Shown: positions 50,951-60,579, counted from the first letter of the stretch. The stretch is DNA of 64,000 bases from Gammaproteobacteria bacterium (GCA_965237805.1 OZ250153.1:1-64000); one strand, 5' to 3'. Notes: generated from the sequence alone by a model not told the origin. Numbers and translations: made by a program.

Positions 50951-52873
50951 TTGCTGGCGCTGAGCCTGACTGGCACTGCCAGCATTGGTCGATCTGCCGA
51001 ACGTGCTCCGTGCGCCGACTACCGCACCGAACGGCAGCTGTTTTTTGGCGATCTCCATGTCCACACCGCCTATTCGCTGGATGCGGCGATACAGGACACG
51101 CGCAACAAGCCCGCCGATGCCTATCGTTTTGCGCGCGGGGAGAAAATTGGTCTGCAGCCCTACGATCGTGCGGGACAGCCCCTGCGTGAATTGCAGCTGC
51201 GCCGACCCTTGGATTTTACCGCTGTCACCGACCACGCCGAGGCTCTCGGCGAGGCCACGATTTGTCGCTCGCCGGGTGCCGCTGGCTACAACCATTGGCA
51301 ATGCTATCTGCTGCGCTGGATGCCGAAGTTGGCGCTGACGGTGCTGATGGGGCGCATCACGGCAGCGCAGGACGGCGAAAATTTGTCGCTCTGCGGCAAG
51401 GGCAAAACGCGTTGTATCGAGCAGGCCTCACGCAGCTGGGACGACATCATAGCGGCGGCTCATGCGGCCTACGATCGCAGTTCGGAATGTCGCTTCACCA
51501 CTTTTATCGGCTATGAGTGGACCGCTTCGCTTGATGGTGACAATCTGCACCGCAATGTGATATTTAGGAACGACAATTTGGGAGCCTTGCCCCAACCCCC
51601 GCCGAGCTCTTTGCAGCTGCGCAGCTCGGACGATTTGATCGATGCCCTAGATCGGCAATGCTATCAGCAGCCGGGCTGCGATGTGATCAGCATCCCCCAC
51701 AACTCCAACCTCAGCAACGGTCTGATGTTTCCGCTCGGAGATGATAGCGCCACAGTGGGCGCCCAGCGCGCCACATGGGATCCTGCAGTGGCGCGCCGTC
51801 GGGCGCGGATGGAGCCCTTGTTCGAGGTCATGCAACACAAAGGCGATTCGGAGTGTTGGTATGGCCCCGGAGTGGAGGATGAGCTATGTGCTTTCGAGAA
51901 GCTGCCTTTTGACAATTTTGCTGGCAGTTTCTATCGCACACTGTCCAACCCGCCGTCCCCGCTCACCGGCTATGCCCGCACGGTGTTGCTGGCGGGCTTG
52001 CAATACCAAGCCGAGATCGGTGTCAATCCATGGCGCTTTGGCCTGATCGCAGCCACCGATACCCACCTTGGGGCACCGGGTGCGGTGTCCGAGGAAGATC
52101 ATATGGGACATGGCGGTGGCGGCAAAGTGGCCACTGATAGCAGTGATGCCATTATCCCCGACACCATGGAGTACAACCCCGGTGGTTTGGCGGCGGTGTG
52201 GGCCGAGGAGAACAGCCGCGACTCCCTGTTCAACGCCATGCGTCGGCGCGAGGTCTATGGCACCAGCGGTCCGCGCATCTCCCTGCGTTTCTTTGGCGGT
52301 TGGAACTATTCCAAATCGCTGTGCGACTCGCCGAACTTGGCGCGTCGTGGCTATGCTGGCGGCACGCCGATGGGGGGCGCGATGGAACCCAATCCCGCCT
52401 GGGGTCGTGGCGGCCCGCAGTTTGTCGCGCTGGCCCAGCGCGATGCCGGCACCGAGGGGCGCCCCGGTGCGCCGCTACAGCGTCTGCAGATTATCAAGGG
52501 CTGGGTCGATGCCGCGGGCGAACGGCGCGAGCAGGTCTACGATGTGGCCGGTAGCCCGGCTAACGGGGCCTCGGTGGAGCTGTCGACTTGTCGGCGTCAA
52601 GGTGCTGGTCACGACCGTCTGTGTACGGTGTGGAGCGATCCCGATTACAGCGCCGATCAGCATGCCTTTTACTACGCACGTGCGGTGGAGAACCCGAGTT
52701 GTCGCTGGAGTGCTTATGTCTGTAATGCCAACGGGGTCGATTGCTCGCGTCCGGATAAAGTCGCCAAAGCATTCAAGTCCTGTTGTGCCAGCGATCATCG
52801 CTGGACCATACAGGAGCGCGCTTGGAGTTCGCCGATCTGGCTCAGTCCAGAGGGGAGCTCACTCCACCGCTAA
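50951..52873 (+). CDS. DUF3604 secreted PHP-like metallohydrolase, paralog 1 (start uncertain)
   Basis: FGDLHVHTAYSLDA, LDFTAVTDHAE, IPHNSNLSNG, EVMQHKGDSEC, TDTHLG, YGTSGPRI, QERAWSSPIW. Confidence 0.88.
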   Translation: MLALSLTGTASIGRSAERAPCADYRTERQLFFGDLHVHTAYSLDAAIQDTRNKPADAYRFARGEKIGLQPYDRAGQPLRELQLRRPLDFTAVTDHAEALGEATICRSPGAAGYNHWQCYLLRWMPKLALTVLMGRITAAQDGENLSLCGKGKTRCIEQASRSWDDIIAAAHAAYDRSSECRFTTFIGYEWTASLDGDNLHRNVIFRNDNLGALPQPPPSSLQLRSSDDLIDALDRQCYQQPGCDVISIPHNSNLSNGLMFPLGDDSATVGAQRATWDPAVARRRARMEPLFEVMQHKGDSECWYGPGVEDELCAFEKLPFDNFAGSFYRTLSNPPSPLTGYARTVLLAGLQYQAEIGVNPWRFGLIAATDTHLGAPGAVSEEDHMGHGGGGKVATDSSDAIIPDTMEYNPGGLAAVWAEENSRDSLFNAMRRREVYGTSGPRISLRFFGGWNYSKSLCDSPNLARRGYAGGTPMGGAMEPNPAWGRGGPQFVALAQRDAGTEGRPGAPLQRLQIIKGWVDAAGERREQVYDVAGSPANGASVELSTCRRQGAGHDRLCTVWSDPDYSADQHAFYYARAVENPSCRWSAYVCNANGVDCSRPDKVAKAFKSCCASDHRWTIQERAWSSPIWLSPEGSSLHR

Positions 52874-52923
52874 TCGCGGGCCACCATCGGCGTCGCTTCC
52901 CTATCCCTATGGAGGATTGCAAA

Positions 52924-54915
52924 ATGTTGACTGGATATCGTGCGTCGGTGCCGGCATTCCTCTTGGCTGTGCTGGCTGTGATGCTCTGCAGCCAAGCCAA
53001 CGCCGCAGACTATCCGCCGCGTGCCTATGAGATCACCGAGGAGCGTGAGCCATGCCGCGACTATCGCCCCTTGCGTCAAGTCTTTTATGGCGACACCCAT
53101 GTGCACACCGGTTTTTCTTTGGATGCGGCGCTGCAGGGGACGATCAATACGCCGGACGATGCCTATCGATTCGCCCGCGGTGCGCGTCTGGGCCTGCAAC
53201 CCTACGATAGCGAGGGCACCCCGCAGCGCCACGCTCAGTTGCTCCGCCCGCTGGACTTTAGCGCCGTGACCGACCATGCGGAGATGTTTGGCACGGTCGC
53301 TGTCTGTACCAATCCGGAATCGGCTGGCTACAGTAATTTTATGTGCAAAATTTACCGGCGCTGGCCCCATTTGCTCTACCGCGTCATGATCCCGCTGTCG
53401 CTCGGCACCCGTCAGCTGGCGGTGAAGGATCCCCGTTTCGCTTTTTTGCGCAAATACACCGATGCCAAACTAGCGCCCCCGCCACCGCAGTGCGGCGAGG
53501 ATAATTCCGCCTGTATCGCCGGTACCCAGCGGCTGTGGCAGGAGGAGCAGCGCGCTGCCGAGCGCGCCTACGATCGCAGTTCCGACTGTGGCTTCACTTC
53601 TTTTGTCGCCTATGAATACACGGCCAATGCCGAGGTCAATCTCCACCGCAACATCATTTTTCGCAATGAACACGTGCTGGAGGAGCCGATCGGCCTGCAA
53701 CAGGCGGTGACCACGCAGCTGCTGCTCCAAGCGCTGGAGCAGAAATGCTTGGATGCCGGCACTGGCTGCGATTTGTTGGCTATCCCGCACAATCCCAATC
53801 TCAGCAGTGGCGCGATGTTCCCGCTGGACGAATCGCTGAGCCGCGATGAGGCGCGGCGCTGGAGCCGTATTGAGAGGCTGATCGAGGTCATGCAACACAA
53901 GGGCGATTCCGAGTGCTGGTTCGGGCCGGGTGTCGAGGACGAATTGTGCAACTTCGAGAAATTGCCTTACAACAATTTCGCCGGTCGATTTTTCAAGCGC
54001 TTTAACTATGCGCCCACGCCCGACGACGGCTTCGTTCGCGCCACGCTCAGCGAGGGCCTGCGCCGCGCAGAGCGCAGTGGTGTCAACCCGTGGCAGTTCG
54101 GTTTGTTGGCGGCCACCGACACCCATCTCGGCACGCCGGGGGCAGTGGCTGAGGCTCGCCATCGCGGTCACGGTGGTGCTGGCAAGACGGTGCGCCGGGG
54201 CGAGGCACCATCATTGCCAGACGACATCGAATATAACCCCGGTGGTCTAGCCGGGGTGTGGGCCGAGGAGAATACCCGCGACGCGCTGTTCGCGGCGATG
54301 CGTCGGCGCGAGGTCTTCGGTACCAGTGGCCCACGCATGAGCCTGCGTTTCTTCGGCGGTTGGGGCTATGCACCGACGCTGTGCAGCAGTCCGGATTTCG
54401 TCGCCCAAGGCTACGCTGGCGGCGTACCGATGGGCAGCGAGCTGCTCAGGCCTAGCCGGGTCGGCGCGACGCCGCGTTTTGCCGTGATGGCGCAGCGCGA
54501 TCCGGGTGCCAAGGAGCTTCCCAGCACCCCCCTGCAGCGCCTACAAATCATCAAGGGGTGGATCGATGACAAGGGTGAGCGCCGCCAACGCGTCTACGAT
54601 GTAGCTGGCAATCCGGACAATGGCGCTTCGGTCAATGTGGCCACCTGCACCCGCAGTGGCACTGGCCACGATCGCCTGTGTACGGTGTGGCGCGACCCCG
54701 ACCACGATCCCAGCATGCGCGCTTGGTATTACGCTCGTGCGGTGGAAAATCCCAGCTGTCGTTGGAGCGCTTATGTCTGCAATGCGAGAGGTGTGGACTG
54801 CTCGCGACCGGAGACCGTGGGAGAGGGCTATGCTGCCTGTTGCAAGAGCGATTTTTCGCCCAGTCAACAAGAACGCGCTTGGAGTTCGCCCATCTGGTAT
54901 ACGCCGACTGATTGA
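52924..54915 (+). CDS. DUF3604 secreted PHP-like metallohydrolase, paralog 2
   Basis: GGAGG RBS, signal peptide ending ANA, GDTHVHTGFSLDA, TDHAE, HNPN, TDTHLG, QERAWSSPIW. Confidence 0.9.
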   Translation: MLTGYRASVPAFLLAVLAVMLCSQANAADYPPRAYEITEEREPCRDYRPLRQVFYGDTHVHTGFSLDAALQGTINTPDDAYRFARGARLGLQPYDSEGTPQRHAQLLRPLDFSAVTDHAEMFGTVAVCTNPESAGYSNFMCKIYRRWPHLLYRVMIPLSLGTRQLAVKDPRFAFLRKYTDAKLAPPPPQCGEDNSACIAGTQRLWQEEQRAAERAYDRSSDCGFTSFVAYEYTANAEVNLHRNIIFRNEHVLEEPIGLQQAVTTQLLLQALEQKCLDAGTGCDLLAIPHNPNLSSGAMFPLDESLSRDEARRWSRIERLIEVMQHKGDSECWFGPGVEDELCNFEKLPYNNFAGRFFKRFNYAPTPDDGFVRATLSEGLRRAERSGVNPWQFGLLAATDTHLGTPGAVAEARHRGHGGAGKTVRRGEAPSLPDDIEYNPGGLAGVWAEENTRDALFAAMRRREVFGTSGPRMSLRFFGGWGYAPTLCSSPDFVAQGYAGGVPMGSELLRPSRVGATPRFAVMAQRDPGAKELPSTPLQRLQIIKGWIDDKGERRQRVYDVAGNPDNGASVNVATCTRSGTGHDRLCTVWRDPDHDPSMRAWYYARAVENPSCRWSAYVCNARGVDCSRPETVGEGYAACCKSDFSPSQQERAWSSPIWYTPTD

Positions 54916-55877
54916 TGGCTGCTCTTGACAGCGCAACCAGCGGTTGTCTGCGCACCCTGTGCCAAGCGCTTTGGCAGCGCCCGCTATTGCGTTTTCTGCT
55001 TTACGGTGTCGCTTTATATCTAGCGATCAGCTATGTGACAGTGCCCGCGCCCGAGCCGCTGTTGATGGCGGGGCAGGGCGAGCAGCTGCGCGTGAATTGG
55101 ATTCGCCAGACCGGTCGCGAGCCGGATGAGCGCGTACTGCGTCTTCTGTTGCGCCAAGCCGTCAATGAGGAACTGCTGTTCCGCAGTGCCATCGATCAGG
55201 GCATGCACCTGATCGATCCGCTGGTGCGCCGCCGCTTGGTACGCAATATGCGTTTTTTGGGAGAGGAAGCTGAGGCGGGAGCCCTGTTGCGAAAGGCCTT
55301 CCGCATGGGCATGCAGCTGCAGGATCAAGTGGTGCGCCGGCGTTTGTTGCAGTTGATGGAATTCGGTGCCCGTGCCCAAGTTGCCACCATCGGCGAGGAG
55401 GAGCTGCGCACCTATTATGCCGAGCGCAGCGATGCGTTGCGCAGCCGGCGCATCAGCTTTGAGCATCGCTTTTTCAGCAATGAGAAGCGCGGCGAAGATG
55501 CCGCTGAGCAGCTGGCGCGACAGCTGGCCACGCAGTGTGCGGTGACTGAGCAGCTGCCGTCCGATGGTGATGTCTTTGATGCTGGTGAGTCTTTTGTGGC
55601 TCAGAGCCGTGCCAAGATAGGCAAGCACTTCGGCTTTGCTTTCGCCGATGTTCTATTGCGCGCAGAGGCTGGCAGCTGTTTGGGCCCGGTGCCCTCATCC
55701 TATGGTCAACATGTCGTGTGGCTGTCGGCAAGCGTCGAGCAGATGCCAGCCTTTGCCACGGTGCGCGCGCTGTTGCACGAGGAATTGATGGAGCGGCGCA
55801 CGCGTCAACAGCTGCAACGATTGGTCGGTGAATTGCGCGAGCGCCACCCGATGACCACGCAGGATCTCAGTTACTGA
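54915..55877 (+). CDS. membrane-anchored PpiC/parvulin-like peptidylprolyl isomerase
   Basis: PLLRFLL.G anchor, EELLFR.A...G....D..VRRRL (twice), SFEHRFF, FG..FA, GPVPSSYG.HVV. Confidence 0.83.
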   Translation: MAALDSATSGCLRTLCQALWQRPLLRFLLYGVALYLAISYVTVPAPEPLLMAGQGEQLRVNWIRQTGREPDERVLRLLLRQAVNEELLFRSAIDQGMHLIDPLVRRRLVRNMRFLGEEAEAGALLRKAFRMGMQLQDQVVRRRLLQLMEFGARAQVATIGEEELRTYYAERSDALRSRRISFEHRFFSNEKRGEDAAEQLARQLATQCAVTEQLPSDGDVFDAGESFVAQSRAKIGKHFGFAFADVLLRAEAGSCLGPVPSSYGQHVVWLSASVEQMPAFATVRALLHEELMERRTRQQLQRLVGELRERHPMTTQDLSY

Positions 55878-56890
55878 TGGCGACTTTGCGGTGGCACTGG
55901 CTACTGTTGGCCGCCGTGGCTATCGCCGTAGCCGTCCCCGCGCTGGGCTTTGGCCACCGCTTGGCCCCCGCTCTGATCGATGTCGAGGACAGCGACGAGC
56001 CCGGGGTCTACAGGATGCGATGGCAGGAGGCTGCTGTCAGCAGTGCGCCGATGGAGCCCCGCTGGCCAGCGCACTGTGAGGGCGAACAACAGGGCCCCAC
56101 GCGCTCTGTACTGACTCCGACCGGTCGTGCCTCAGAGACCGAGTGGCGATTGCGTTGCGAGCCCCACTCACTGGCTGGTGGAGAGTTCGGGGTGGATGGC
56201 CTGCTTGTCGGCACCGGCTTTGTGTTGTTGCGTTTCAATTTCAATGACAGTGTGCCCAGCTCTTATATGTTGAGCCACGCTGAAGCTGCTTTCACCGTGC
56301 CGACGCACTGGCACGGCAATGTAGCCTTCGGCTACCTGAAGCTGGGCACGGAGCACATCCTGAGTGGCTATGACCACCTGTTGTTTGTCTTTGGCCTGCT
56401 ATTGCTGTGTCGTTCACCGCGCGAATTGCTATTTACCATCACTGCCTTCACGGTCGGTCACAGCATCACTTTGGGTTTGGCTGCCTTCGATACCGTGTTG
56501 ATCCCGTTGTCGCTGATCGACTATCTGATACTGCTGAGCATTTTGTATATGGCGGTGGCGGTGGCCCGCCGCGAGCGTCGAGCGCCCAGCTCGCAATGGC
56601 GGGCACCGCTGGTGGCGGCGCTGTTTGGTTTGCTCCACGGCCAAGGTTTTTCCTCTTTTCTGCGCGATATCGGCCTGCCGCCTGGCAAGGTGCCCAGCGC
56701 CCTCCTGGGTTTCAATGTCGGGATCGAGTTGGGGCAGCTACTCTTTGTCGGCACGGTGATCCTGCTCGCCTTGCTGTTGGCGCGCGTGCCGCAAATCTCC
56801 ATGCTGCAGCTGCGTCTGATCTGCACTGAGCTGATGGGGGCATTGGCTGCGCTGTGGACGGTGCAGAAGACCTTGGAATTCCTGCTCTGA
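55877..56890 (+). CDS. HupE/UreJ family metal (Ni/Co) transporter-like protein
   Basis: Signal peptide then His, LGTEHILSGYDHLLFV, TAFTVGHSITL, FGLLHG.GF, GFNVGIELGQ. Confidence 0.9.
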   Translation: MATLRWHWLLLAAVAIAVAVPALGFGHRLAPALIDVEDSDEPGVYRMRWQEAAVSSAPMEPRWPAHCEGEQQGPTRSVLTPTGRASETEWRLRCEPHSLAGGEFGVDGLLVGTGFVLLRFNFNDSVPSSYMLSHAEAAFTVPTHWHGNVAFGYLKLGTEHILSGYDHLLFVFGLLLLCRSPRELLFTITAFTVGHSITLGLAAFDTVLIPLSLIDYLILLSILYMAVAVARRERRAPSSQWRAPLVAALFGLLHGQGFSSFLRDIGLPPGKVPSALLGFNVGIELGQLLFVGTVILLALLLARVPQISMLQLRLICTELMGALAALWTVQKTLEFLL

Positions 56891-56922
56891 GGCCGGTCGC
56901 GCACCAGCTGTACAAGTCGCGC

Positions 56923-58371
56923 TCAGCGTTGTAGCTGTTGCTTGAGCATATTGTTCACCTTATCGCTATAAGGTGGCATCATGCCAAATAATTTGTGTAT
57001 GCTGACGTACCCTTGGTAGAACACAGATCGGGTGTGGCTGAAGGTGCGGAAACCATCGCGTCCGCGGTAGTTTCCCATGCCGCTGGCACCGATGCCGCCG
57101 AAGGGCAGGTCGTCGCAACCGACGTGCATCATCACCTCGTTGATCGTCACGCCGCCGGAGTGGGTCGATGCCAGTACATGGCGCATTTCCTTGTGGTTGC
57201 TACCGAAGTAATACAGCGCCAGCGGTCGCGGCCGCGAGTTGATCAGCTCGATGGCCTCGTCGATTTTTTGGTAGCCGAGCACGGCCAGCACTGGGCCGAA
57301 TAGCTCGTTGTTCATCAGCTCGCTGTCCAGCTCTGGGCGCAGCACCAGCTGCAGTGGCATTTTGTTGTGCTTTTGGCGCGAGAATGTGTCGTCGGCGGGG
57401 TTTAGCACCTCGATGCGCTCACAGTGGCCTGCCAGTGGTTCCAAATAGGATTGCAGGCGATCGCGGTGGTGCTTGTTGATTATCGAGCTGTAGTCCGGGT
57501 TGTTGAGTAGCGTCGGGTACAGCTGTTTGAAGGCCTTCCGACAATGGTCGGCAAAGGCCTCGACCCGATCGTCTGGAACCAGCACATAGTCGGGGGAGAC
57601 GCAGGCTTGGCCAGCATTCATGGTCTTGCCGAGCAGGATTTTTAAGGCCACTGCCTCCAAGTTGGCACTGCGCGAGATGATGACCGGTGACTTGCCCCCT
57701 AGTTCCAGTGTCGTCGGTGTCAGTTGCGATGCCGCATTGCGCAATACCTGGCGTCCGGATTCTGTGCCGCCGGTGAAGATCAGGTGATCCAGCGGCAGCT
57801 GGCTGAAGGTGGCACCGACGGTGGCATCGCCCGGGAAGACGGCGATTTCGCTGACCTCGAAGTACTGCTCGAACAGATCTGCCATCAGACTCGCTGTGCT
57901 CGGTGCCAGCTCCGAGGGCTTGATCATGGTGCGGTTGCCCGCCCCGATGACATCGGCCAGCGGGCTGAAAATCATATTGACCGGGAGATTCCACGGCGTC
58001 ATGATGCCGACCACACCCTTTGGTTGATAGTGAACTTGTGCTTTGGCACCAGTCAGCGCCATGATCCCCGGTGGCCGGCGCCGCTCGGGACGCATCCAGC
58101 GACGCAGATTCTTTTTGACGAATTTCAGCGAACCCAGCGAGGTGAGGATTTCGCTCATCATGCTCTGGTGGGTCGAGCGGGCACCGAAATCTGCCGACAG
58201 CGCGTCGACCATATAGGGTGCGTGGTCGACCAACATGGCGATGCAACGGTCGAGCCGGTCGATACGGGTAGCGTATTGCACCTCGCCCTCGGCGCGGAAA
58301 GCTGCCCGTTGTATGCTCAGTGCGGCCTGCAATTGTGCGGCCACTGGCGCTTTTTTCGGTCTCGCCATCAT
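56923..58371 (-). CDS. coniferyl-aldehyde/fatty aldehyde dehydrogenase family
   Basis: PKGVVGI..PWN, KPSE, FTGG, LELGGKSP, GQACVSPDY, ELFGP, PFGGIG.SGMG.Y.G. Confidence 0.92.
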   Translation of the reverse strand: MMARPKKAPVAAQLQAALSIQRAAFRAEGEVQYATRIDRLDRCIAMLVDHAPYMVDALSADFGARSTHQSMMSEILTSLGSLKFVKKNLRRWMRPERRRPPGIMALTGAKAQVHYQPKGVVGIMTPWNLPVNMIFSPLADVIGAGNRTMIKPSELAPSTASLMADLFEQYFEVSEIAVFPGDATVGATFSQLPLDHLIFTGGTESGRQVLRNAASQLTPTTLELGGKSPVIISRSANLEAVALKILLGKTMNAGQACVSPDYVLVPDDRVEAFADHCRKAFKQLYPTLLNNPDYSSIINKHHRDRLQSYLEPLAGHCERIEVLNPADDTFSRQKHNKMPLQLVLRPELDSELMNNELFGPVLAVLGYQKIDEAIELINSRPRPLALYYFGSNHKEMRHVLASTHSGGVTINEVMMHVGCDDLPFGGIGASGMGNYRGRDGFRTFSHTRSVFYQGYVSIHKLFGMMPPYSDKVNNMLKQQLQR

Positions 58372-58383
58372 CAGTTTCCGTGT

Positions 58384-59994
58384 TCAGATGGCGTGACCCA
58401 TCATGGATGCTGCACGGGCACCGATCATCACTGCTGTCGCATTGGTGTTGCCGGTGAGGGCCGAGGGGATTACCGAAGCGTCGGCGATGCGCAGGCCAGA
58501 CAGCCCTCGCACCTGCAGCTGCGGATTCACCACGGCTGCGGCATCGTCTTCTGCCCCCATCTTGCAGCTGCCCACTGGATGGTAGACCGAGGCCGCCTCG
58601 CGGCGGATATATTCCATGATGGCTTGGTCGCTGTCGTCGGCTGGTGTGGTGATACCAGAATCCGATGCACGGTAGCGTTCAAAAGGCTTTGCGGCGAAGA
58701 GAGAGCGCACTAGCCGGCAGCACGAGATCAGCGCCTTGCGGTCGAACTCCTCGCTGAGGTAGTGGGCGCGGATTACCGGAGCTGCTATGGGGTTGGCAGT
58801 ATGGATGTGCACGGAGCCGCGGCTCTGTGGGTGCAAATGGCAGACCGTGGCGGTGACACCGGGTGCGATCTGCAAATGGCCTTTTTTGTTGTAGCGCCCG
58901 GTGGCTGGTGTGAAATGAATTTGGGCGTCGGGGCGATCCAGTCCCGGGTCGCTCTTGAAAAAGGCACCGCTCTCGGAGGCAGGGTGGACGAGAAAACCGC
59001 GTTGACGGACGAAGTAGCTCAGCAAGTTGCGGGCAAAGGATAGCGGGCGCATCTCGTCGTAGAGCGTGCGGATATCCTGCAGCCCCTGATACATATTGAC
59101 AGTCAGATGATCCTGCATAGAGGCACCGACACCGGGCAGCTCATGGCGCGGCTCGACGCCGGCGGCGCGCAACAGCTCGGGGTCGCCGATGCCAGATAGT
59201 TCCAATAGCTGTGGGCTGCCGATGGTGCCCGCACAGATCGCGACCTCGTCCTCGGCACGGGCGATGTGCAAGGATTTGCCTTGGCGGTAGCGCACGCCGA
59301 CGGCGCGGTCGCCTTCCAGCTCAATCCCCACCGCCAGCGCACCGACCGCAACTTCCAAGTTGGGGCGCTTGCGTGCGCTTGCCAGTGCGCTGACGGCGAG
59401 GCTCTGGCGGCGACCGCGGCGGATGTTGGTCTGGTAGTAGCCGATGCCCTCGTTGTTGCCACGATTGAAATCCTCGCAGCGTTGCCAGCCAATGCTCGTG
59501 CCCGCCTCGATGAAGATCTCGTCCACCGGATAGCGGTTGACCGGATTGTCCACCCACAGTGCTCCGCCGACTCCGTGGCATTCATCGGCACCGTTGACAT
59601 TGTGCTCGGTGCGGCGGAACCAAGGCAGCACATCGTCCCATGCCCAGCCAGCACAGCCCGCGGTCGCCCAGTCCTCGTAGTCGAGGTGGTGGCCGCGAAT
59701 GTAGACCATGCCATTGATCGAGCTGCAACCGCCCAGCACCTTGCCACGCGGGAAATCGATGCGCCGCTGTGAGAGCTGATTTTCTGGTTCGGTGGCGAAG
59801 CACCAGCTGAAGTTCGGGTCTTTGAGTATCCGGGTGAAACCGCCCGGAATATGAATCATCGGATGGCGATCTTCGCCGCCAGCTTCGAGTAACAGTACCC
59901 GGCGGCTGGCCTCGCGGCTCAGCAGGCTGGCGAGTACACAGCCAGCACTGCCAGCACCGATGATGATGTAGTCGTAGACCTTGTCCTCAGGCAC
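58384..59994 (-). CDS. GMC family oxidoreductase (alcohol/choline dehydrogenase-like)
   Basis: YDYIIIGAGSAGC, PRGKVLGGCSSINGMVY.RG, YHPVGSCKMG, GNTNA; probable GTG start at 59994. Confidence 0.92.
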   Translation of the reverse strand: MPEDKVYDYIIIGAGSAGCVLASLLSREASRRVLLLEAGGEDRHPMIHIPGGFTRILKDPNFSWCFATEPENQLSQRRIDFPRGKVLGGCSSINGMVYIRGHHLDYEDWATAGCAGWAWDDVLPWFRRTEHNVNGADECHGVGGALWVDNPVNRYPVDEIFIEAGTSIGWQRCEDFNRGNNEGIGYYQTNIRRGRRQSLAVSALASARKRPNLEVAVGALAVGIELEGDRAVGVRYRQGKSLHIARAEDEVAICAGTIGSPQLLELSGIGDPELLRAAGVEPRHELPGVGASMQDHLTVNMYQGLQDIRTLYDEMRPLSFARNLLSYFVRQRGFLVHPASESGAFFKSDPGLDRPDAQIHFTPATGRYNKKGHLQIAPGVTATVCHLHPQSRGSVHIHTANPIAAPVIRAHYLSEEFDRKALISCCRLVRSLFAAKPFERYRASDSGITTPADDSDQAIMEYIRREAASVYHPVGSCKMGAEDDAAAVVNPQLQVRGLSGLRIADASVIPSALTGNTNATAVMIGARAASMMGHAI

Positions 59995-60405
59995 TGGCAG
60001 TGCTCGTGACGCGTCGCCACCATCCAGACCAAAGACTAAGGCCGCAACCGAGCCCCATTCGAAGATCAGCGCCCCGCTGACATGGCTGTCCCCGCAGCTG
60101 CCGTCGATGATGGCTCCGACGGTGCGTGGCAAGACCAAGGCGAGCATCGCCGTCAGCTAGAAGAACATCATTTGGTGCAACCATTGCGGCCGCAACAGGG
60201 GGATTAGTAACAGTACGCCAGCCCAGAGCTGGAGCACGCCGTAGCTGTGGCGCGTATTTCGCTGAGCCATGCCACGTTGGCGTCATTGACATCAAAGGCG
60301 TTTGCCAGCCAGCTGTACAGGATGCAACAAGCAATAGACACCGTCGCTCAAATAAGCCACAGCGCTGATGCCCAAGAGTATTTGACAGTAACGCATGATG
60401 TCCAT
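59987..60405 (-). pseudogene. DUF4345-like small membrane protein, frameshifted with internal stop
   Basis: MDIMRYCQILLGISAVAYLSDGVYCLLHP / EIRA / YGVLQLWAGVLLL...*...RTVGAIIDG...GALIFE; TAG at 60157-60159. Confidence 0.65.
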
Positions 60406-60579
60406 TTCCCCTTTAGATGAGACAGCGCTACACATGGCAACGCAATCGGATCAATCATAACGCAAATGCGCTGGGGTGGGCAGCTGTTCAGGGTGTGCAG
60501 TGCCAGGGTTGCACTGCCCGGTGACCGGGTCGGGATGCATCGCTGCTGGCCTGGGTCCTCGCTCGGTCGCGCCACAGGA

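Noticed and set aside
59995-60147. Membrane-anchored N-terminal extension of the GMC oxidoreductase
   Set aside because: Better explained as the frameshifted 3' part of the upstream DUF4345-like pseudogene
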